From an uncultured bacterium (lineage in GTDB: Bacteria > Abyssobacteria > SURF-5), in contig CAZSKP010000038.1 in NCBI GenBank assembly GCA_964607485.1, positions 1-43,159 of the forward strand: a DNA stretch of 43,159 nucleotides, written 5' to 3'. The notes beneath the pieces were generated by a model, which saw only the letters and a list, made by a program, of their open reading frames with translations, did no database searches and was not told where the DNA came from. Shown here one piece after another: positions 29,672-36,395 of the stretch. The position numbers and the translations under genes are program-made. Position 1 is the first letter of the stretch. Every line of letters begins with the position of its first letter.

Positions 29672-30229
29672 ATGAAACTACTGCTTCATATATGCTGCGG
29701 ACCGTGCGCCACGTATCCCGCAAAGATTCTGCGCGAGGCGGGCCACGACCTCCACGGCCTCTTCTACAACCCCAACATCCATCCGCTGGCCGAGCACAGC
29801 CTCCGGCTGGAGTCGGCAAGAAAACTGCTTGAAGGAATGGACATCCCGGCGACGATTGACGACGAATACGACGTCGAGGAATATTTCAGGCGCGTCGTCT
29901 ATCGAGAGAGCAACCGCTGCGCAGCCTGCTACCGGCTCCGGCTCGAGCGCGCGGCGCGCGAGGCGGCATCTCAAAAGTTTGACGCCTTCACCACGACGCT
30001 GCTCGTGAGCCCCTATCAGAAGCACGAGCTGATTCGTGAAATCGGCGAGAGCGCGGGCATGGATTACGGCGTCGAGTTCTACTACGAGGATTTCCGACCC
30101 GGCTGGACGGAGACGCGCCGGATGTCGAACGAGATGGGGCTGTACCGCCAGAAGTATTGCGGCTGCATATACAGTGAGAAGGAACGTTTCCTGACCTCGG
30201 GCGACAAGCGCGGTCGCGGCGACCGCTGA
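29672..30229 (+). CDS. queH: Epoxyqueuosine reductase QueH (DUF208)
   Basis: LLHICCGPC, FYNPNIHP, RC..CY.LRL, TTTLLVSPYQ and YRQKYCGC. Start reassigned to ATG 29672. Confidence 0.93.
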   Translation: MKLLLHICCGPCATYPAKILREAGHDLHGLFYNPNIHPLAEHSLRLESARKLLEGMDIPATIDDEYDVEEYFRRVVYRESNRCAACYRLRLERAAREAASQKFDAFTTTLLVSPYQKHELIREIGESAGMDYGVEFYYEDFRPGWTETRRMSNEMGLYRQKYCGCIYSEKERFLTSGDKRGRGDR

Positions 30230-30237
30230 CCCATCCG

Positions 30238-31272
30238 ATGCTCAAGCTCTCAGACTTCGATTACGAACTGCCTCAGGAACTCATCGCCCAGCATCCCGCC
30301 GGGCGCAGGGGCGAGTCGCGCCTGATGGTCCTGGACCGCGCGACCGGCGCGATAGAAATCGGGATGTTTCACGACATCGCCGGATACGTCGGCCGCGGCG
30401 ACGCGCTCGTCCTGAACGACACGAAGGTGTTTCCCGCCCGCCTGCGCGCGACGAAGCCTTCCACCGGCGCGCGCATCGAGATTCTTCTGTTGTACGAGGT
30501 GAGGAAAGGCGTGTGGGAAGCGTTGGTGCGTCCCGGCAGACGCGCGGGCGTCGGCACGGTGCTGTCGATTGAAGGCGCGCGGCAGGCCGACACGGCGGAG
30601 GTCATCGCCGACCACGGGAGCAGGAAGACGCTGAAATTCCATGTCGGGGACGTCAGGCGGCTGTGCTGGCGCGTGGGCGAGATACCTCTGCCTCCCTACA
30701 TCCAGCGCGAGGTAGAGTCCGACGATGCGGACAGGTATCAGACGGTGTTCGCAAGGAGAGAGGGCGCCGCCGCCGCGCCGACCGCAGGCCTGCATTTCAC
30801 GTCGCAGTTGCTCAAGAGCATATGCGACAAAGGGGTATCGCTCGAATTCGTCACGCTGCACATAGGCCTCGGCACGTTCCAGCCGCTTGAGCACGAAGAG
30901 GTCGAGAAAAACCGGCTGCATCCCGAGCGCTACCGCGTGACCGCCAAGACGGCGCGCCGGCTGAACGACGTGCGGCGGCGCGAGGGCAGGGTGTTCGCCG
31001 TGGGCACAACGACGCTCCGGCTGCTCGAGACGGTGGCCACCGAGCGGGGCGAATTCGGCGCGGGCGAAGGAGTGTCGGACATCTTCATCTATCCCGGCCA
31101 CACATTCCGCTCCGCCGACGCGCTCGTCACCAACTTTCACCTGCCGCGCAGCTCGCTGCTCTTGCTCGTGTGCGCGTTCGCCGGCCGCGACCTCATCATG
31201 CGCGCCTACGAAACCGCCGTCAAGGAAAACTTTCGCTTCTTCAGCTACGGCGACGCGATGTTGATTTTGTGA
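30238..31272 (+). CDS. queA: SAM:tRNA ribosyltransferase-isomerase
   Basis: FDYELP.ELIAQ, NDTKV, PLPPYI, YQTVFA, AAPTAGLHF, VGTT, TNFHLP and FFSYGDAM. Confidence 0.98.
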   Translation: MLKLSDFDYELPQELIAQHPAGRRGESRLMVLDRATGAIEIGMFHDIAGYVGRGDALVLNDTKVFPARLRATKPSTGARIEILLLYEVRKGVWEALVRPGRRAGVGTVLSIEGARQADTAEVIADHGSRKTLKFHVGDVRRLCWRVGEIPLPPYIQREVESDDADRYQTVFARREGAAAAPTAGLHFTSQLLKSICDKGVSLEFVTLHIGLGTFQPLEHEEVEKNRLHPERYRVTAKTARRLNDVRRREGRVFAVGTTTLRLLETVATERGEFGAGEGVSDIFIYPGHTFRSADALVTNFHLPRSSLLLLVCAFAGRDLIMRAYETAVKENFRFFSYGDAMLIL

Positions 31273-31281
31273 GGATTCAAG

Positions 31282-31300
31282 TAGGGACAGCCCCCATCTT
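31282..31300 (+). repeat. RAYT-associated palindrome, left copy (TAGGGACAGCCCCCATCTT)
   Basis: 17/19 identical, in direct orientation, to 33071-33089; lies 10 bp after the queA stop. Confidence 0.7.
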
Positions 31301-31324
31301 CTTAGCTGGACGGAGAACCAAGAC

Positions 31325-31825
31325 ATGTATAATTATTACAAATCCTTGCCAGGATACATTACCATGTTTGCCAACGCGATCCTGCTTTTGGGACTTGTAT
31401 TCTTGTTCTTTAGCTGGCGGATATCGGTCGTTCTATTCGCGAGTGCGATTTTTCTTTGGTGTCTTTCGGCTGTACTGCATGATCTCAGAAGTGGTGGGCC
31501 AAGCCTTTACTCGGCATTGGCCCAAAAGTATAAGAATCCTGAAGCAATAGAAGAGTTGAAAGCAAGAGGTCTTTCAGACGAGGGGATACGGGCAATGCAT
31601 GGCGAGGCGGTCAGCATGGCGAAGAGAGCTTTTCGACTCTGGAAGGCAGTTCAGCTGGCGACGATTATCTTGACCATTGCCTTCCTAATTGCCGCACTTT
31701 TTTCGAGTTGGTGGTATTTGGTCCCGGTGCTGCCCACTGTTGGATTGAACATGCTTGCGTATACAAAAAAGATGTTATCAATCCGACGAGACCCTGCAAC
31801 GAACGACCTTGATGAAGTCGTATAG
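31325..31825 (+). CDS. Hypothetical 4-TM membrane protein
   Basis: Two hydrophobic hairpins separated by a soluble loop; GGAG RBS; AT-richer than host genes. Confidence 0.65.
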   Translation: MYNYYKSLPGYITMFANAILLLGLVFLFFSWRISVVLFASAIFLWCLSAVLHDLRSGGPSLYSALAQKYKNPEAIEELKARGLSDEGIRAMHGEAVSMAKRAFRLWKAVQLATIILTIAFLIAALFSSWWYLVPVLPTVGLNMLAYTKKMLSIRRDPATNDLDEVV

Positions 31826-31836
31826 TAGATGATAGT

Positions 31837-31853
31837 AAACGGGGTCCCTATTT
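31837..31853 (-). repeat. Inverted, internally deleted copy of the RAYT palindrome
   Basis: Minus strand AAATAGGGAC----CCCGTTT versus AAATAGGGACAGACCCCATTT at 33068. Confidence 0.55.
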
Positions 31854-31882
31854 AGTTCGCTCACATTCTAGAGGGAATAACG

Positions 31883-32455
31883 ATGAACCTTAACGAGGCA
31901 TCGACATATTTCCGCGAAAGAGTTAACGAGCTCCGCCGGGCTTGCGCTGATGGAACGCCGTGGGTTTTCCTGTGCGCTTCGGCCTTCATTGAGTACCTAT
32001 CGAAACTGGTAAATGGCGAGGACAAGGGACGCGATGGATACAAGAAATTCGTTAAAGATTATCTGAGTCAAGCGAATCCTCTTTACAGAGATTTTGTCTT
32101 CAAGAACGGACAATGCGACTTGGACGTTCAAATGTATTACGTTCTTCGATGTGGCATTGTTCATAGCTTTTCTCTCATACCTGATGACCGTGCCAGAAAA
32201 GCACATGGCCGGGACAGATCAATTGTTCTCTGTCATGCGAGAGAGCGAGATGAACATGGTTGGAAGCATCTTATGCCCTACCCGCCACCAGAGATCAAAA
32301 GTACAGTCAACGACGCTGTGCTATTTGTTGCAGAAGACTTTGTAGACGATATTGGGAAAGTGACGGAACTTATACTTACAGAAGCGAATCTACAGGGCAA
32401 TATCGAAAAGTGGCTGGACCGTCACCCGCCGATTACTGGTGGGTTTAAGGGCTGA
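31883..32455 (+). CDS. Hypothetical protein with a HEPN-like R-x4-H motif (LRCGIVH)
   Basis: GAGGG RBS; helical; IEYLS...Y..FV..Y...Y..LRCGIVHS, with the motif at 32147-32164; AT-richer than host genes. Confidence 0.6.
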   Translation: MNLNEASTYFRERVNELRRACADGTPWVFLCASAFIEYLSKLVNGEDKGRDGYKKFVKDYLSQANPLYRDFVFKNGQCDLDVQMYYVLRCGIVHSFSLIPDDRARKAHGRDRSIVLCHARERDEHGWKHLMPYPPPEIKSTVNDAVLFVAEDFVDDIGKVTELILTEANLQGNIEKWLDRHPPITGGFKG

Positions 32456-32477
32456 AGACATCTCACTATTCGTGAGA

Positions 32478-32495
32478 GGACATCTGTCGCTATTT
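32478..32495 (-). repeat. Degenerate inverted copy of the RAYT palindrome
   Basis: Minus strand AAATAGCGACAGATGTCC, 12/13 identical to AAATAGGGACAGA, 22 bp after the preceding stop. Confidence 0.4.
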
Positions 32496-32606
32496 AAGTC
32501 ACTTAAAAAGAATCTTCTTTTGCTTAGGCCTGTCAGAAAACTCGTTTCGGCAAGAAACCGAAAAAATTTGCCCCAACGCATATTGTTCTCAGTCCTCGCA
32601 TTTTTT

Positions 32607-32702
32607 CTATTTCTTCGTCAAGGCGCGATAGACGAGCACTAACCCGGCTACCGTAATAACAAGCGTGCAGAAAGCTATTAATATCATCAGATGCTCTGCC
32701 AT
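32607..32702 (-). CDS. 31-aa single-TM peptide, type I toxin-like (not in the ORF track)
   Basis: Hand translation gives MAEHLMILIAFCTLVITVAGLVLVYRALTKK*. RBS AGGGGG lies 7 nt upstream; one TM helix with a basic KK tail. Confidence 0.6.
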   Translation of the reverse strand: MAEHLMILIAFCTLVITVAGLVLVYRALTKK

Positions 32703-33070
32703 GGTATACCCCCTGTGATTTCTTGTCGGCCACTTTAACCTAACAACAACTCGCTCCTTTGAGCAGAAGAGAATCTTCGAATTGCGACACGAATATTATT
32801 GGGGATACTCAAGCTGACAAGCCTTTAATGATAAGAAAATCAGATGTTCCATAAATTTAACCATATGGTTCCAAAAACCGTCAAATGCAAGGTCTTTCTG
32901 TTCCACAAGATATTGTACCCCCAAGATGAAGAGGCGAAAATTCATTTGAGACTCCATATCTTGTGCGAAGATGCCCCGCAGAAGCTCTTAAGAAGCAAGT
33001 AGAATTCATAACAGAAGAAAATTCGTCGCTGGCTATGTCTCTCGGTAGATTCTCGGGAAAGGCCGAAAAA

Positions 33071-33089
33071 TAGGGACAGACCCCATTTT
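33071..33089 (+). repeat. RAYT-associated palindrome, right copy (TAGGGACAGACCCCATTTT)
   Basis: Immediately upstream of the RAYT -35; direct repeat of 31282-31300. Confidence 0.7.
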
Positions 33090-33093
33090 TTGC

Positions 33094-33123
33094 TTGACCG
33101 CACCGCCGGTGCTGGATTATCAT
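33094..33123 (+). promoter_or_regulatory. Putative RAYT promoter (possibly leaderless mRNA)
   Basis: TTGACC-18-TATCAT ending 7 nt before the ATG; no SD. Confidence 0.45.
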
Positions 33124-33130
33124 TCAGCCC

Positions 33131-33793
33131 ATGCCGAGAATGGCCAGAGTGGTAGCCACAGATGTTCCGCACCACATCACTCAGCGGGGCGATCGTAGTA
33201 CAGAGATTTTTCTGGACGACGAAGATCGCCAAACCTATCTCGGCTTCCTGAAGCGATATCGGGAAAAGCACGGTCTCGAGATTCTCGCCTATTGCCTGAT
33301 GTCGAATCACATCCACCTTGTGGCCGTGCCTAAGGAAGCCAACTCTCTCGCTCGAACACTGGCGGTCGCACACATGCGCTACACACAGCACTTCAATTGG
33401 AAATATTCTCAGTCGGGGCATCTATGGCACGCACGCTTTTTCTCCTGTGTGCTCGATGATCGGCACACCTTGGCGGCGACGCGTTATGTGGAGCGCAATC
33501 CGGTGAGAGCGGGGTTGGTGGGCCGGCCGTGGGACTACAAGTGGTCGAGCGCGAGGGCGCACATCGGGGAAAGAGCGGACACGGTTCTGTCAACGAGGTG
33601 GCCGCCGAGCAAGCTGCTTTCCCAATGGAGGGACTTTCTCGTGGAGCCGGAAGAAGCGGGCAAACTAGAAGAGATCAGGTTCTCCACACGCAGAGGTCGC
33701 CCGCTCGGTTCGCTGGAATTTGTCGAAAAGTTAGAGCGGCTGCTTGGCAAGCGCTTGGCCGCCCGAAATAGAGGTCGTCCCCGAAAGCAGTAA
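33131..33793 (+). mobile_element. REP-associated tyrosine transposase (RAYT / TnpA-REP, Y1 HUH family)
   Basis: MPR.AR...PHHITQRG, AYCLMSNHIHL (HUH), GHLW..RF.S, RYVERNP (catalytic Tyr), WSS and C-terminal RGRPRK; no tnpB. Confidence 0.9.
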
Positions 33794-34255
33794 GACGAAA
33801 TCGGTGATTTCGGCGCGCTCTTTCCAACCAAGCTTTTGGTAGATTCGGTACGCGGCTCGATGCTTGCCCGTCACAAGGTGAAGCCGCGAACAACCCCGCT
33901 CGAGGGCCTCTCGTTTTATCTCCTCGATCAACTGCTTCCCGATTCCCTTGCTCCGTGCCGACTTGCGCACAAACAATTCTGAAATAAATCCCTCCGGCCC
34001 GCCGAGCACCAGGCAGGGAAGCCAGTGCGCCGAGATGTACCCCGCAACTGTGCCTGATGAAGTCTGCGCGACCAGCACCGTATGGCTGTTATCAGTGCGG
34101 CACATCTCCATATGTCGGGACACCTGCTTCTCTGTCTCGACGGCTGACTTATCTTTCATATGAGAAAGCCACTCGACTTCCCGGAGAATCTCGGCAATTG
34201 CAGCGACGTCTGAGGGAGTCGCAGGACGAATTGTGGTCTCGACACCGCTAGACAT
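33731..34255 (-). CDS. GNAT-family N-acetyltransferase
   Basis: IRPAT..D, ISELFV...RSKGIG..L and Y.KLGW; GGGAGG RBS; the 3' end overlaps the RAYT by 63 bp. Confidence 0.88.
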   Translation of the reverse strand: MSSGVETTIRPATPSDVAAIAEILREVEWLSHMKDKSAVETEKQVSRHMEMCRTDNSHTVLVAQTSSGTVAGYISAHWLPCLVLGGPEGFISELFVRKSARSKGIGKQLIEEIKREALERGCSRLHLVTGKHRAAYRIYQKLGWKERAEITDFVLLLSGTTSISGGQALAKQPL

Positions 34256-34303
34256 TCACTCCTCCCATTCTTGCTATTGTCCGGCAAGCTGTCCGGATGA
34301 GCT

Positions 34304-34331
34304 AATGTCGTCACATTGTACGGACGACATT
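34304..34331. promoter_or_regulatory. Operator-like inverted repeat upstream of the GNAT gene
   Basis: AATGTCGTC-10 bp-GACGACATT; the spacer holds a minus-strand TACAAT. Confidence 0.4.
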
Positions 34332-34447
34332 CATTCCACATGGATGATATCCCGGAATTACTGCCATGGCAAGCAAAAAGAAGTTCCATCTCAAATCGCC
34401 TGTCTGTAACGATGTCACGGCCTGTTGCCCGAATGGCGGTGGCCGAT

Positions 34448-34555
34448 TGTCATTCTGAGCGAAGCGAAGAATCTCTGTTTTGAGATGTAAATTTCCAGAA
34501 TAATGAGGGATTCTTCGTCGCCTGGGTCTGCGACCCTTCGCTCCTCAGAATGACA
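34448..34555. repeat. REPIN-like inverted doublet (TGTCATTCTGAG...GAATCT family)
   Basis: TGTCATTCTGAGCGAAGCGAAGAATCT facing GATTCTTCG...CTCAGAATGACA. Confidence 0.8.
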
Positions 34556-34647
34556 GTTTTGATAGACTCGTGGAACAAGAACCGGTTTGAGCAACACGCC
34601 GGCAAGACCTAACATCGACCTGCGGTCCCGGTTGCACGGTGCGCTGA

Positions 34648-35874
<1,227 letters not shown>

Positions 35875-35893
35875 ACGCCGGCATCGGAGTGAT

Positions 35894-36235
35894 ATGGAAT
35901 CCATAGCGTACGCGGCGCAGGCGCAGCCGGGCGGCGGCGGAGGTGTTTCTCCCCTGGGCGGCATGTTTATTCCGCTCATCCTGATGTTCGTCGTCTTCTA
36001 TTTCCTGCTCATCCGGCCGCAATCGAGGAAGCAGAAGCAGCATCAGGAGATGCTCAGCAACTTGAAAAAAGGCGACAAGGTCATAACGAGCGGTGGTCTG
36101 TACGGCGTCGTCGTGAAAGTGACGGAGAAGGACGTCGTGCTCGAGGTCGCCGACAAGGTGAATTTGCGCTTCACGCTCGGCGCTGTTTCGACCGTGCGAG
36201 AGAAAGACGAATCGGGAAAAAAGGGTTCGAGCTGA
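35894..36235 (+). CDS. yajC: Preprotein translocase subunit YajC
   Basis: FYFLLIRPQ and LKKGDKVITSGG.YG. Start reassigned to ATG 35894 (GGAG RBS). Confidence 0.95.
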   Translation: MESIAYAAQAQPGGGGGVSPLGGMFIPLILMFVVFYFLLIRPQSRKQKQHQEMLSNLKKGDKVITSGGLYGVVVKVTEKDVVLEVADKVNLRFTLGAVSTVREKDESGKKGSS

Positions 36236-36289
36236 GGGGCTTCTTCCGCTCCACGGCCCGCCGTGCAAATAGGTTTCGGGTGATTCGAG

Positions 36290-36322
36290 GCCCTGTCTCC
36301 TCCATTCGGGCAGGGTTTTATT
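36290..36322 (+). terminator. Putative intrinsic terminator between yajC and secDF
   Basis: GCCCTGTCT...GGGCAGGGT stem with G-U pairs, followed by TTTATT. Confidence 0.4.
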
Positions 36323-36395
36323 GTGTTGAAGCGTGAACGCTTCACGTGAAAACGTCCTCAAACCGCCGAACGAGACATACCATCGGAGGGAGTAA

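Noticed and set aside
31826-32500. Integron attC sites between cargo genes
   Set aside because: No RYYYAAC...GTTRRRY core pairs with L boxes and no tyrosine-recombinase integrase. The separators match the RAYT palindrome instead.
32439-33123. Short ORF-track calls in the island's AT-rich gap (32439-32642, 32533-32733, 32881-33123)
   Set aside because: No convincing RBS or protein features. The 31-aa minus-strand peptide at 32607-32702 is better supported.
33131-33793. IS200/IS605 insertion sequence
   Set aside because: No tnpB. The length (220 aa) and the MPR..R/HHITQRG, YxxxNP and WSS motifs fit the RAYT class rather than IS200 TnpA.
36336-36353. parS-like TTCACGTGAA
   Set aside because: Only about 12/16 match to TGTTTCACGTGAAACA, with the outer arms broken.
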